Assembly (NCBI GenBank): GCA_964351995.1
Contig: CAYGQE010000001.1
Location: 1 to 48,196 of the forward strand
DNA length: 48,196 nt
From: an uncultured Acidimicrobiaceae bacterium
GTDB lineage: Bacteria; Actinomycetota; Acidimicrobiia; Acidimicrobiales; SZUA-35
Reading direction: 5' to 3'
Shown: piece after piece, positions 34,175 through 44,053 of the stretch
How the letters are laid out: each line of letters starts with the position of its first letter
How positions within the stretch are numbered: position 1 is the first letter of the stretch
Program-made: the position numbers and the translations under genes
The notes under the pieces: model-generated
Seen by the model: the letters and a program-made list of their open reading frames with translations, nothing else
Told to the model about the DNA's origin: nothing
The model's database searches: none

Positions 34175-35791
34175 TCACAACACCGAGAGTGCTCGTTTCC
34201 TCGCGTGGCCGCCGACTTCGTCATCGATGATCACCGCAGCACAGTTGCGACCTGATGCACCCCACACGCCTGCGCCGGGGAACGTGGCGGCGCCAGTGAG
34301 GAACAGCCCTTCGATCGGCGTGACATAGCGGGTCAGTTCGCGATCCCTCGCCAGCAGGGCGGCCAGAGGTCCGCCGGCGAACGAGGTGGCATGGCCCTGC
34401 GGAAGGTAAAACTCCTGCTCGTACTCGAGCGGGGTGACCGAGCGCCACTCTTGGATCGACTCGGCGAAGCCTGGCTCGAACAGCGTGGCCGCCACCTCGA
34501 GCCACCGCTCTGGTTCGGTGCTGGCCTCCCATCCACCGGTCAGGCCATAGGGAGTGAACAACACCTCGAGACTCAGAACGTGCTCATCCTCGTTGCCCGA
34601 GGGCACAACGGTTCGATCATTGATGCTCGGGATGTTCAGGAACATGATCGGACGATCGAGCACCTTGCCGTCGTTCATCAAGTGGAAGCCACGGTCGATC
34701 TCGGCCAGTGAGGGGGCAACGATCGTGCTCGGCGACAGCGAATCGGTGAACCCTGCGGCGGCGAAGCGATCGCTGTCGAGGTTCTTCCAGGTGGGAAGTC
34801 CAGTGATGCGAGCATCGATCTTGGACTCATAGCCGGCTTGCGGGCTGCGCTTTCGCCACTTCTCGACGAAGTCAGAAGCCGACGCCGGTGGCCCGTCGAG
34901 ACGATGGACGATGGCCTCCCGAGGGTCACACGCCACAACAACGTTCCGCGCCTCGATCACTCGCACGTCACCGTCCGGCCCGTCGGCAACGGCAACCCCA
35001 CGCATGTGCTCGCCTTCGCACAAGATCGACTGCACCCGAGCGCTGGTCTGGATGGTGCCACCCGATGCTTCGAAAGCGGCAGCCACGGCATCGGTGAGTG
35101 CGCCGCTGCCGCCAACAGGCCGACCCGTTGTACCGACGTGCTTGAACGCCCACGCAAGTGCACCCAGACCAGTGCCTGGTGTCTCGGGGGAGAGTCCCCA
35201 CACTGCGGGTCCCGCCGCCATCGCCGGGCCCAGCAGGTCCTCGGAGGTGAAGAAGCTCCGCAGCACGTCGCCCACTGATCGGCGAGACCACTGCAGCACG
35301 GTGAGGGCCGCTGGTGTTGCCCGACGCCCGATCCCCCGTCGAATGAGGTTGAGCGTGGCCGGTGGTTCGGCAGCAAGGCCCATGATGAGTTCAGCAGCCG
35401 GAATCGCGACGGCGGCATAGCGCCGGTAGTTGTCGACTTCTTCAGGGTGGGTGATGGCCAGCGACTCGAGCGTGGCGTCGACGCTGTGTCGGATCGGGAT
35501 GGGGCCGGGAGCATCCCAGCCCCGAGCGACCATCCCAGGATCCATGTCGATGTACTGCAGGCCGAACCGGTCCAGTCCGAGCTCGTCTCGAAGCGGGACG
35601 CTACGCACCATGGTGTGGTCGCAGTTGCAGATGTTGACTCGTACGCCACACGCTGATTCGGTACCAGCACACCCACCGACCTGGTGGCGAGCTTCCAGGA
35701 CCAGCGTGCGCAGCCCGGCCTTGGCGAGGTACGCGGCGCAGACGAGCCCGTTATGGCCACCTCCGACAACGATGACGTCGTAGTCCTGCAT
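34175..35791 (-). CDS. FAD-dependent oxidoreductase of the phytoene-desaturase (CrtI-like) / amine-oxidase superfamily
   Basis: An N-terminal dinucleotide-binding motif YDVIVVGGGHNGL is present and the length is about 540 aa. The start is ATG 35791. Confidence 0.8.
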   Translation of the reverse strand: MQDYDVIVVGGGHNGLVCAAYLAKAGLRTLVLEARHQVGGCAGTESACGVRVNICNCDHTMVRSVPLRDELGLDRFGLQYIDMDPGMVARGWDAPGPIPIRHSVDATLESLAITHPEEVDNYRRYAAVAIPAAELIMGLAAEPPATLNLIRRGIGRRATPAALTVLQWSRRSVGDVLRSFFTSEDLLGPAMAAGPAVWGLSPETPGTGLGALAWAFKHVGTTGRPVGGSGALTDAVAAAFEASGGTIQTSARVQSILCEGEHMRGVAVADGPDGDVRVIEARNVVVACDPREAIVHRLDGPPASASDFVEKWRKRSPQAGYESKIDARITGLPTWKNLDSDRFAAAGFTDSLSPSTIVAPSLAEIDRGFHLMNDGKVLDRPIMFLNIPSINDRTVVPSGNEDEHVLSLEVLFTPYGLTGGWEASTEPERWLEVAATLFEPGFAESIQEWRSVTPLEYEQEFYLPQGHATSFAGGPLAALLARDRELTRYVTPIEGLFLTGAATFPGAGVWGASGRNCAAVIIDDEVGGHARKRALSVL

Positions 35792-35913
35792 CCGAAGAGT
35801 GTCGCAGCGGAAGTCAAACGCAGCCACACCCCGGCGAGCGAATCAGTCGTCGTTCATCAGCAAGACACACTGGCACCCTGATACGCCAGACAGAACGGCG
35901 CTAGTTTGCGGAG

Positions 35914-36687
35914 ATGTCGTCGCGCCGCCTCAGTGAACTCCGAGCCTCGGATCTTCTCGATCATCTGACCGATGAGTCGATCCTGGTGCTGCCGATGGGA
36001 GCCATCGAGCAGCACGGCCCTCACCTTCCGTTCAGCACCGACCTCGAGATTGCCAGAGCCTGCGCCGAAGCTGTCGTCGACCAGGTGGGCGACGAACACG
36101 ACCTCTGGCTGCTCGAACCTCTGGCGTTCACCAAGTCAAACGAGCACGCTGGCACGCCCGGCACGTTCTGGCTGGGGCCCGAGACCCTCCTTCGTGTCCT
36201 CGATGACATCGGTCGCTCGATGGCAGCCACACCGGCTCGCAAGCTGGCCTTCCTCAACGGTCACGGCGGCAACTCATCGTTGATCAACGTGGCGTGCCGG
36301 GAACTTCGCCTCCATCACGGCCTCGAGACGTTCCTGATGCACCCCAACGTGCCACCAGATCAGGGCGGCCCGTCCAGCGAAGAAGAGCTCGGCTTCGGCA
36401 TCCATGGCGGCGTGGGCGAGACGTCGATCATGCTGCACCTGCGGCCCGACCTCGTGCGCATGGAGCTGGCCTCACGCAACGTGCCGGAACACCTGGCTGA
36501 GAACGAGCACGTGAAGTTCGGCGGCACCGTCAGCTTCGGTTGGTTGGCCAGCGACTTCGGGCCAGACGGCCACATTGGTGACCCGACCGGCGCAACTCCC
36601 GAGCGAGGCAAACAATCCTTCGAGGCCGCAGTCTCACGTCTCAGCGCCGCCTTCGGCGAAATCGCCGATTTTCGCTTCCGCACCTGA
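35914..36687 (+). CDS. Creatininase-family amidohydrolase
   Basis: A family metal-site motif (PMGAIEQHGPHLP, D, E...H) is present and the length is about 257 aa. Confidence 0.75.
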   Translation: MSSRRLSELRASDLLDHLTDESILVLPMGAIEQHGPHLPFSTDLEIARACAEAVVDQVGDEHDLWLLEPLAFTKSNEHAGTPGTFWLGPETLLRVLDDIGRSMAATPARKLAFLNGHGGNSSLINVACRELRLHHGLETFLMHPNVPPDQGGPSSEEELGFGIHGGVGETSIMLHLRPDLVRMELASRNVPEHLAENEHVKFGGTVSFGWLASDFGPDGHIGDPTGATPERGKQSFEAAVSRLSAAFGEIADFRFRT

Positions 36688-36702
36688 CGCCGAGGACTGA
36701 CG

Positions 36703-37233
36703 ATGACGAGCGACCCAACATCGCGACTGGTCATCCACTCCCACCCAGTCGCCGACAGCTTGAACCGCGCGCTGTTCACCACCGCGATCGACGGGTTGAC
36801 GACACCATCGGGCGAACCGCCCGCCCACGCCTCGCTCACCGACGGCGATGACCCGACCATCGAAGACCTGCAAGGGGTGTCCACGCTCGTTTTCGTCTAT
36901 CCGACCTGGTGGGGTGGCCCACCGGCCAGCCTGCTCGATTGGTTGGAGCGTCGGCTCGGGCCGTGGATCGATGGCTCGCCGGCGAGCCCCTCCCCCATCG
37001 CGGCGGTCGAGCACCTCGTCGCGATCACCACCCATGGGTCGCCGAAACTGCTCAACCGGATCACCGGCGAGCCGGGGCGTCAACTGTTCAAGCGTTCGGT
37101 CAAGCCTCTCGCTTCGCCCACGTGCTCATGGCACTGGTTGGCTTACTACGGCATCGACGCCGAGAACGCCGACACGCGCTCGGCGTTCGTCACTGGCATC
37201 CCCGAGGAGTTGCGCCGGATCACCAACGGTTGA
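36703..37233 (+). CDS. Flavodoxin-like-fold NAD(P)H-dependent oxidoreductase (Flavodoxin_2 / NQO-type)
   Basis: GAGGA RBS upstream. The segment LVFVYPTWWGGPPA is typical of this fold family. Confidence 0.65.
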   Translation: MTSDPTSRLVIHSHPVADSLNRALFTTAIDGLTTPSGEPPAHASLTDGDDPTIEDLQGVSTLVFVYPTWWGGPPASLLDWLERRLGPWIDGSPASPSPIAAVEHLVAITTHGSPKLLNRITGEPGRQLFKRSVKPLASPTCSWHWLAYYGIDAENADTRSAFVTGIPEELRRITNG

Positions 37234-37789
37234 AGGCTCGCTTCACCCGGTCGGATCCGCTGGCGATCTGCGGGTCTTGAATGGAAACGTAGGTCCGTCG
37301 GCAACGCGGGTTGCAGTTCGCCCGGAACGATCGCATCAGGGTTCGCCGACCGTTGTCACCGGCAAGCAGGGTCGCACGCCGGCCATGGGGCGTGGTGGTG
37401 ACGGCGCCGATGCGTCGTACCGAGGCCAAGCCTGGGCGAACCTTGTTGTTCTCGTTCAGGACGAACCCGACACCCGGCACCATCGTGCGTTCGAGCCAAC
37501 CCTTGAGATGGGCAGGAATCGTGTGGAGCGTGGTCTGGTAACCGAAGAGGACGGCATCGGCGGCCTTCACGTGTTCGACGCTCGCCGCCACATGAGGACA
37601 ACAGATGTTGTCATCCTCATCGTGATAGCGAACGCGCTCCTCGGTGGTCATCACCATCGGAAAGCCAGACGCCTCCAGATCAATGCGGTGAACCTCGTGC
37701 CCCGAGCCAGTCAACGCGGCGCCAGCAACATCGAGTAGCGGCTTTCCCGCTTGGTCGTTCCGAAACCCATCAACGATCAAGACTCGCAC
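37220..37789 (-). CDS. Flavodoxin-like-fold NAD(P)H-dependent oxidoreductase, second copy
   Basis: An N-terminal MRVLIVDGF... motif and Flavodoxin_2-like segments are present. It is convergent with the previous gene and overlaps it by 14 nt. Confidence 0.65.
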   Translation of the reverse strand: MRVLIVDGFRNDQAGKPLLDVAGAALTGSGHEVHRIDLEASGFPMVMTTEERVRYHDEDDNICCPHVAASVEHVKAADAVLFGYQTTLHTIPAHLKGWLERTMVPGVGFVLNENNKVRPGLASVRRIGAVTTTPHGRRATLLAGDNGRRTLMRSFRANCNPRCRRTYVSIQDPQIASGSDRVKRAFNRW

Positions 37790-37807
37790 GGGTACTCCAA
37801 CACGCGA

Positions 37808-37852
37808 ACAGACCGTGCGTCTCTGCTCAGCGAACAGGGACGCACGGTCTGT
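37808..37852 (-). terminator. Hairpin terminator downstream of the ABC-transporter operon (14-bp perfect stem, 17-nt loop)
   Basis: ACAGACCGTGCGTC at 37808-37821 is the reverse complement of GACGCACGGTCTGT at 37839-37852. It sits just after the SBP gene stop at 37890 on the minus strand. Confidence 0.5.
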
Positions 37853-37889
37853 GTCATTACGTGATTGCTCTCAGACTGCGATCGTCAGA

Positions 37890-39026
37890 TCACAGGCCGA
37901 TGGAGTCATCGATGAACTCGTTGGTCACCAAGTCCGAAGACGTGACGCCAGCCGAGTCGGGGAACACGCCACTGCTGACCAAGATCTCGACGACAGAGTC
38001 GACCCGATCCAGGTCGAAGTTGCCGAGGGTGCTGTCTGGGCCGTTACCAACGAGTCCGAGCTCGAGCTGCGACTCGACCGAGTAATCGGCGATGGCCTGG
38101 TTGTAGATCCAGCCGGTCTGGTAGGCCTCGACCAGCTCGATGATCAACTCGTTGGTCGCATCGGGGCTGGTGATGAAGTCGACCTGAGCCTGCTGGATGA
38201 TCGGCGTGATTGCCGCCATGCAGGGAGTCAATTCTTCGAAGTCAGCAGCCTTGACGCTGATCGCTGCGGCGTAGGACTCGAAGCCCATGTCATGGATCAG
38301 TTCGAAGGCCACGGGCTTGCCCCACTCGGGAACCTCGTTCTCGTAGATCGCAGGCTCGGCGGAGGCGAAGCCCTGCTGAGCAATGGCGCCACCCTCGGCA
38401 ACGAACACGGCGGGCGTGCCGTCGTAGGTGTCGTCGAGCTGCGCTTCATCCAAGATGCCATCGGCAACGAGGAACGGGATGTAGGTGGCACCACCGAAGT
38501 AGCGAACGAACGTCTCGTCGGGAAGTTCAGCGACGGTCTCGACCGCATAGGTGTCGGGGTCCCACATGATCATCTGCGGGTTGATCTCGAGCGGAGCGAC
38601 GAACGCAATCGTGGGAAGCTCGGCGAAGTTCTCGACTGCTTCATCGGTCGAGACGTAGCCGAAGGTGATGCTGTCTTCCTGGTACATCTGGGCTGTGACC
38701 TGCTGGAAGCCGATCGCCGGTCCACCGGTGCGAACCTCGATCATGACGCCAGTGTCTTCACCACCGGCAACGAGGGTGCCGGAGACGATGAAGTTGTCAG
38801 CATCGACGGTGTAGTCGTCGCCGACCATCTCGTAGAGCGCACCGTGCTCTGCCTCGGGGTTCCAGTCGGTCTGGAAGACCACCGTGGACGGACAATGCTC
38901 GGCGAGTGAGGCGTTCGCAGCGTCCGTTGCCGTGTCGACGGCTTCCTCGGCATCGCTGCCACAAGCTGCGGCGATCAATGCAAAGGAGAAGAGCAACGCC
39001 AGAAGGCGTTTCAGGGGAATTCTCAT
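37890..39026 (-). CDS. ABC-transporter substrate-binding lipoprotein, NMT1/SsuA/TauA-like
   Basis: ATG at 39026 with a GGAGG RBS at 8-nt spacing. A signal peptide with an LIAAACGS lipobox is present, and the fold is an NMT1/THI5-like periplasmic binding protein. Confidence 0.8.
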   Translation of the reverse strand: MRIPLKRLLALLFSFALIAAACGSDAEEAVDTATDAANASLAEHCPSTVVFQTDWNPEAEHGALYEMVGDDYTVDADNFIVSGTLVAGGEDTGVMIEVRTGGPAIGFQQVTAQMYQEDSITFGYVSTDEAVENFAELPTIAFVAPLEINPQMIMWDPDTYAVETVAELPDETFVRYFGGATYIPFLVADGILDEAQLDDTYDGTPAVFVAEGGAIAQQGFASAEPAIYENEVPEWGKPVAFELIHDMGFESYAAAISVKAADFEELTPCMAAITPIIQQAQVDFITSPDATNELIIELVEAYQTGWIYNQAIADYSVESQLELGLVGNGPDSTLGNFDLDRVDSVVEILVSSGVFPDSAGVTSSDLVTNEFIDDSIGL

Positions 39027-39064
39027 GGTTATTTCCTCCGTTTGGGAACCGGTTGAGATCAACA

Positions 39065-40036
39065 TCAGACGGTTTGGTCGCTCCACTTACCAATGAAGCG
39101 ATTGCCGAGCCATCCAAAGAACAAGAAGACACCGATGCCGAGCAACGACGACAAGATCACCGTGGCGAAAAGCTCAGGGGTCTCTGATGGGCGACTGCTA
39201 TAGGTCTTCAGCAATGAGCCGAGCCCCTTCTCACCTCTGGCGAAGAAGAAGCCGCCGACGATGGCGCCGATCACACTGAGGCCAGCGGCAATCCGCATCG
39301 CAGTGAAGAACGCCGGAAGCGCAGCCGGAATCTGAAGCTTCTTCAACTTGGTGATCCGGCTCGCACTGTGCAGCGCGAACAGATCGTGCTGCCCTCGCTC
39401 AGCCGACTTCAGCCCGAACAATGTGTTCGCCACGATCGGGAAGAACGAGATGATCACACAGACGATCACCTGTGAGTTGAAGCCGAAACCAAAGATCACA
39501 CCGATGAGCGGCACGATGGCCAGCACGGGGATGGCCTGCACGATCACCAAGTACGGGAAGAACGCCTTCTCGATGAGCCGGGATTGGCTCATCACCATGG
39601 CACCGAAGACAGCCAGGCAGGACGCAACGAAAAGTCCAACGAACGACACCTTCACGGTCATCCACAGGGCGAGCAGGCCGTCGATCAGCACCACGCTTCG
39701 GTCGATCTCTTCTGGTTCGAAGGAGACGAACGGAATCACGTCAGAGGCAACCGTTCGGGCCACGTCGACAAGGCCACCGAAGGTCACGCCGTCGATGAAG
39801 CCATCGATCAGAATGACGTGGGGCATCGGCAGGATGAAGCGCCGACTCTCATCGATCGAGAAGTGAATCGCGTACCAAATGGCGACGATGCCCACGAGGA
39901 CGGCCAGGGGGCCGAACGAACCGAAACCAAAGGTGCTGTTCTTCTTCGGTTTGGTCGGGAGGGCCGCACCGACTGCCGGTGTCACCAACGAGCTCTCGGC
40001 CATGAATGTTGCATCGACGTCTTCGACCTGGGTCAT
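39065..40036 (-). CDS. ABC-transporter permease (SsuC/TauC-like, BPD_transp_1)
   Basis: Six TM helices are predicted and the EAA-type loop region is present. An ATGA overlap links it to the upstream ATPase gene. Confidence 0.85.
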   Translation of the reverse strand: MTQVEDVDATFMAESSLVTPAVGAALPTKPKKNSTFGFGSFGPLAVLVGIVAIWYAIHFSIDESRRFILPMPHVILIDGFIDGVTFGGLVDVARTVASDVIPFVSFEPEEIDRSVVLIDGLLALWMTVKVSFVGLFVASCLAVFGAMVMSQSRLIEKAFFPYLVIVQAIPVLAIVPLIGVIFGFGFNSQVIVCVIISFFPIVANTLFGLKSAERGQHDLFALHSASRITKLKKLQIPAALPAFFTAMRIAAGLSVIGAIVGGFFFARGEKGLGSLLKTYSSRPSETPELFATVILSSLLGIGVFLFFGWLGNRFIGKWSDQTV

Positions 40037-40806
40037 GCGTGTGCTCCTCTCAGCGAGTGCGACACCCGGCCGCTGAGTTCAGCGAACGCAGGATCGAAGC
40101 GGAGATCCGGCGACCGGGGGTAGTCGAACGGCACGTCGAATGAGTCGACGATCGTGCCGGGCCGACCAGACATCACCAGCACCTTGGTGCTCATGAACAC
40201 GGCCTCGCTGATCGAGTGTGTGATGAACAAACCAGCGAACCCCTCTTCTTTGAACAGACGGAGTGTCTCTTCGTTCATCGATTCACGAGTGATCTCATCC
40301 AGTGCACCGAATGGCTCGTCGAACAAGAAGATCGGCGGAGACATCACCAGCGAGCGAGCCAGCGACGCCCGCATCCGCATGCCACCGGACAACTGCTTCG
40401 GGAAGTGATCTTCAAAACCGGCAAGCCCGACCTTCTTGATGGCCGCAGCTGATCGTTTCCGTCGGTCTTCCTTACTGTCGCCATGCAGCTCTGCGATGAG
40501 TTCGACATTGGCCATGACCGAACGCCAGGGAAGCAGCGTTGCATCCTGGAACACGTAACCGATGTTGCTTCGATCGACGTCGCAACGACCCGCCGTGACA
40601 TCGTCAAGCCCGGAGGCCAGCCGAAGGAGCGTGCTCTTTCCGCAGCCGGAGGGACCGACCACCGTGACGAACTCGCCGGGGTTGACGTCGAACGTGACGT
40701 CACGCAGCGCCTCGGTGCCATCAGGGAAGGTCTTGCCGACCCCGTCGAAGACGAGGGCCGGAGCGCCAACGGGCTTCGGTTCGGTCAAATCGATCAACTC
40801 CTGCAC
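40033..40806 (-). CDS. ABC-transporter ATP-binding protein
   Basis: Walker A GPSGCGKST, the ABC signature LSGGMRMR and Walker B IFLFDEP are present. GTG start at 40806. Confidence 0.85.
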   Translation of the reverse strand: MQELIDLTEPKPVGAPALVFDGVGKTFPDGTEALRDVTFDVNPGEFVTVVGPSGCGKSTLLRLASGLDDVTAGRCDVDRSNIGYVFQDATLLPWRSVMANVELIAELHGDSKEDRRKRSAAAIKKVGLAGFEDHFPKQLSGGMRMRASLARSLVMSPPIFLFDEPFGALDEITRESMNEETLRLFKEEGFAGLFITHSISEAVFMSTKVLVMSGRPGTIVDSFDVPFDYPRSPDLRFDPAFAELSGRVSHSLRGAHA

Positions 40807-40961
40807 AGGCGCACAATCTACGGGCTGTCGATGGACAGCCTGTTCGAGAAATGTGAACGTAAGGTTTCATACCCCGGCGGGACTCTAGCGAGGCGCCTCC
40901 ACCTTGTCGCCTGGCGAAGACTGCCGGGAACATCGGCCGGCTCCCGCTGGTTGACGCTTTT

Positions 40962-41930
40962 GTGAACAACATCAGTGTCCAGTCACACCTCGATCGCAAT
41001 TGGGCAGAGAGCTCCATGCGAGAAGACGTCACGCGGGCGTTCACGCATCGCCCGATCGTGCTCCCGCCCAAGTGGCTCTACGACGATCACGGGTCGCAGA
41101 TCTTCGACGCCATCACCCGTCTGCCTGACTACTACCCCACCGAGGCCGAGCGGACGCTGCTGGCTGCCCATGCGGCCGACATCGCCGAGCGAACCGGCGC
41201 AACCACGGTGGTCGAACTGGGTTCGGGCACCAGCGACAAGACCCGCACCCTGCTCGATGCATTCCATGCCACCGGTCAGCTCGAGCGATTCGTACCGTTC
41301 GACGTGAGTGAAGCCACGCTCCGAGAAGCAGCCGAGATGCTGGCCCAGCGATACCCCGGCCTGGCTGTCGACGCCGTCGCTGGCGACTTCACCCTCCACC
41401 TCTCTCATCTGCCCACCGAGGGTCAGCGGATGATCGCCTTCCTCGGCGGCACGATCGGCAACTTCTACGAAGAAGAGCGACGCGCATTCCTCGGCGCACT
41501 CGCCGACACCCTCCGCTCGGGCGAATCAATCCTGCTCGGGGTCGATCTGTTCAAAGACGTCGACCGCATCATCGCGGCCTACAACGACGACACCGGCGTC
41601 TCAGAGGCCTTCAACAAGAACGTCCTGGCCGTGATCAACCGAGAACTCGGTGCCAATTTCGAGCTCGACACGTTCAGCTACGTACCCATGTGGGATCCCA
41701 TTCACTCGAGGGTCGACATGCGATGCCTCTCCTTGCTGGATCAGACAGTGCGGATCGAAGGACTCGACCTCGACGTCGACCTGGCGGCGGGTGAGGAGAT
41801 CCGAGTCGAGGTCTCGACGAAGTTCCGACCGCACAAGATCATCGGCGAGGTCAATGAAGCTGGCTTCGAGCTGATCGAACTGTTCGCCGGTAACGGTGAC
41901 TTCGGCCTCCTCCTCGCCACCAAAGAGTGA
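40962..41930 (+). CDS. egtD: EgtD-like SAM-dependent histidine N-alpha-methyltransferase (Methyltransf_33 / DUF2260 family)
   Basis: The N-terminal region PPKWLYDDHGSQIFDAITRLPDYYPTEAE closely parallels the EgtD substrate-binding segment. The overall length and the SAM-binding region fit the family. No egtA, egtB, egtC or egtE is nearby, so the true substrate may differ. Confidence 0.7.
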   Translation: MNNISVQSHLDRNWAESSMREDVTRAFTHRPIVLPPKWLYDDHGSQIFDAITRLPDYYPTEAERTLLAAHAADIAERTGATTVVELGSGTSDKTRTLLDAFHATGQLERFVPFDVSEATLREAAEMLAQRYPGLAVDAVAGDFTLHLSHLPTEGQRMIAFLGGTIGNFYEEERRAFLGALADTLRSGESILLGVDLFKDVDRIIAAYNDDTGVSEAFNKNVLAVINRELGANFELDTFSYVPMWDPIHSRVDMRCLSLLDQTVRIEGLDLDVDLAAGEEIRVEVSTKFRPHKIIGEVNEAGFELIELFAGNGDFGLLLATKE

Positions 41931-42958
41931 GTCGCTTCTACTACGTGAGCCACCCCGAGGTGGCGGTCGACCCTGAGGTACCGGTACCCCAGTGGGGTCT
42001 GAGCGACGTGGGTCGCCGTCGAGCGCACGCCATGCTCGACCAACCCTGGCTGCCGCACGTGACCTCGATCGGGTCGAGCCCTGAGACCAAGGCCCTCGAG
42101 ATGGCCCGCGTCTTGGGCGATCATCTCGCGATCGAGGTCGTGGTGATCAACAACAGCCATGAGATCGACCGCTCAGCGACCGGGTTCGTCACCCACGATC
42201 GTCACGAAGCACTGGCCGATCAGTTGTTCGCAGAACCGGCGGCCTCAGCCGATGGCTGGGAGCGAGCGATCGATGCACAACAGCGCATCGCTGGTGCGAC
42301 GGCTCGGTTCCTGCAACCCAGCGAAGAGAACCATCTCGTCGTCGGGCACGGCGGCGTCGGAACACTCCTGCTGACTCGCTTGCTCGGCGTCGACATCAGC
42401 CGGTCCCACGACCAACCGGGCCAGGGCCACTACTGGGCGTTTGACTGCGAACGACAGCGGGTCGTGCACTCTTGGCGACCGATCGACCTCATTGAGCCAA
42501 CGATCGCCATCGAGTCTCCCGAAAGTGCCGAGGTCGTGCGACTGCTCGAAGCACACCTCGACTTCGCTCGTGCGACGTCACCTGCCGGCCACGTGCACGC
42601 CCTCGATGTTTCGGCGTTGACGACGCCTGACATCACGTTCTGTACCGCCCGCCGAGGCGGCGAGCTGGTCGGCATCGGGGCGCTGCGAGATCTCGGCGCT
42701 CGCCGAACCGAGATCAAGTCGATGCACACCGCAGCTGCTGCTCGTGGCCAACACGTGGCCCGCTTCATGCTGGAGCACCTCGTCGAACTCGCCCGGTCAC
42801 GGTCCTGCACGTGGGTGGGTTTGGAGACGGGGACGATGGACGAGTTCGCAGCAGCTCGGAAGCTGTACGAATCGTTCGGGTTCGCCCGATGTGAACCCTT
42901 CGACAGCTACACCACCAACGAGTTCAGCGTCTGCATGGAAATCCACCTCGACCCCTGA
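41927..42958 (+). CDS. Fusion: histidine-phosphatase (phosphoglycerate-mutase-like) N-domain plus GNAT N-acetyltransferase C-domain
   Basis: The GTG at 41927 overlaps the egtD-like stop as GTGA. The N-terminus has a YYVSHPEV-type RHG-like phosphatase segment. The C-terminus has the GNAT motif A/B region (ELVGIGALR...ARGQHVARFMLEHLVELAR...GFAR). Confidence 0.65.
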   Translation: MSRFYYVSHPEVAVDPEVPVPQWGLSDVGRRRAHAMLDQPWLPHVTSIGSSPETKALEMARVLGDHLAIEVVVINNSHEIDRSATGFVTHDRHEALADQLFAEPAASADGWERAIDAQQRIAGATARFLQPSEENHLVVGHGGVGTLLLTRLLGVDISRSHDQPGQGHYWAFDCERQRVVHSWRPIDLIEPTIAIESPESAEVVRLLEAHLDFARATSPAGHVHALDVSALTTPDITFCTARRGGELVGIGALRDLGARRTEIKSMHTAAAARGQHVARFMLEHLVELARSRSCTWVGLETGTMDEFAAARKLYESFGFARCEPFDSYTTNEFSVCMEIHLDP

Positions 42959-44053
42959 CTAAGCAGGGAGGGTGCCGGAGACGATCTGGCCGTTACGGAT
43001 GACGATGCGGTCACTCGATGCTGAGGCCACGGCCTCTCGGACTGTGGTGGCTCGAATGGCCAAGATGTCACCGTTGGCGGGCATGCCAATGGCCTGGCGG
43101 GCCTTGGCACTCACCCGTTCGTACGCCAACTCCGGCGAGTCGTGACCGGCCATGACCATCAGCGCTGCTGTCTCCAACGGGTCGGCTCGACCAACGGTGC
43201 AAAAGGGATCTTGCAGGTTGTCAGCGCCAGCGCATACGTTGACCCCGGCATCATCGAGTGCCGCTGTGGCGGTGAGGCCCCGAGGCGGAGCGGTTCGCAC
43301 TCCTCTGGCCTGCAAGAACAAGTTCGTCTGCGGCAGGGCGACGACGTTGACCCCGGCTTCGGCGACGGTGGCCGCCACCCGGTCTTGTACTGCCTCGCTC
43401 TGCATCGACAAACTGACGCAGTGGCTCGCTGTTGCCCCGTGTTCGAAACCGGTCGACAGCACCGCCTGAGCCAACAGTTCGAGTTCGAGATGCAACGGGT
43501 CAAGGGTTTCGTCGGTGTGGAGGTCGATGGGAAGGCCGGCCTCGCCGGCGATGGCCAGCAAATCGTTGGTGCAGGCGACCGGGTCTTCGTCGAGGTGAGG
43601 ACACCCACCAACCACGTCGAGCCCCATCGCAATGGCATCACGCAGGATGGCGCGATTGTCGGCACCGGCAAGCCCACCTGAGGGACGGCCAGTGAGGCCA
43701 ACGATCTGGATGTCAACCAGGCCCGCCATGCGATCTCGTACCTCGAGCAACGCCTCCACCGCCGTCGTGCCGATGTCGACGCCGAGATCGACGTGGGTGC
43801 GAATGGCGGTGAAGCCATTGGCCAACGACATCTGAGCGGCTCGCTCGGAACGAGCCACGAAGTCGGCCTTGTCGAGTGTTTCGCGATGAGCGATCCAGCC
43901 GTGGATCGCACCCATGAGATCGCCCCTGGGATTGGGGACGAGATCGGCGGTGAGTGCTTTGTCGAGGTGGGCGTGGGGCTCGGCCGGCGCCGGCAACAGG
44001 AGGTAACCAGCCGCAACGAGTGTTGCTTCGAGTTCTGGGCTGAGGGCGCTCAC
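42959..44053 (-). CDS. Amidohydrolase-superfamily metal-dependent hydrolase (cytosine-deaminase / AtzC-like)
   Basis: The HAHLD and HTDE metal-ligand motifs are present and the length is about 364 aa. The start overlaps the upstream LLM gene's stop. Confidence 0.75.
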   Translation of the reverse strand: MSALSPELEATLVAAGYLLLPAPAEPHAHLDKALTADLVPNPRGDLMGAIHGWIAHRETLDKADFVARSERAAQMSLANGFTAIRTHVDLGVDIGTTAVEALLEVRDRMAGLVDIQIVGLTGRPSGGLAGADNRAILRDAIAMGLDVVGGCPHLDEDPVACTNDLLAIAGEAGLPIDLHTDETLDPLHLELELLAQAVLSTGFEHGATASHCVSLSMQSEAVQDRVAATVAEAGVNVVALPQTNLFLQARGVRTAPPRGLTATAALDDAGVNVCAGADNLQDPFCTVGRADPLETAALMVMAGHDSPELAYERVSAKARQAIGMPANGDILAIRATTVREAVASASSDRIVIRNGQIVSGTLPA

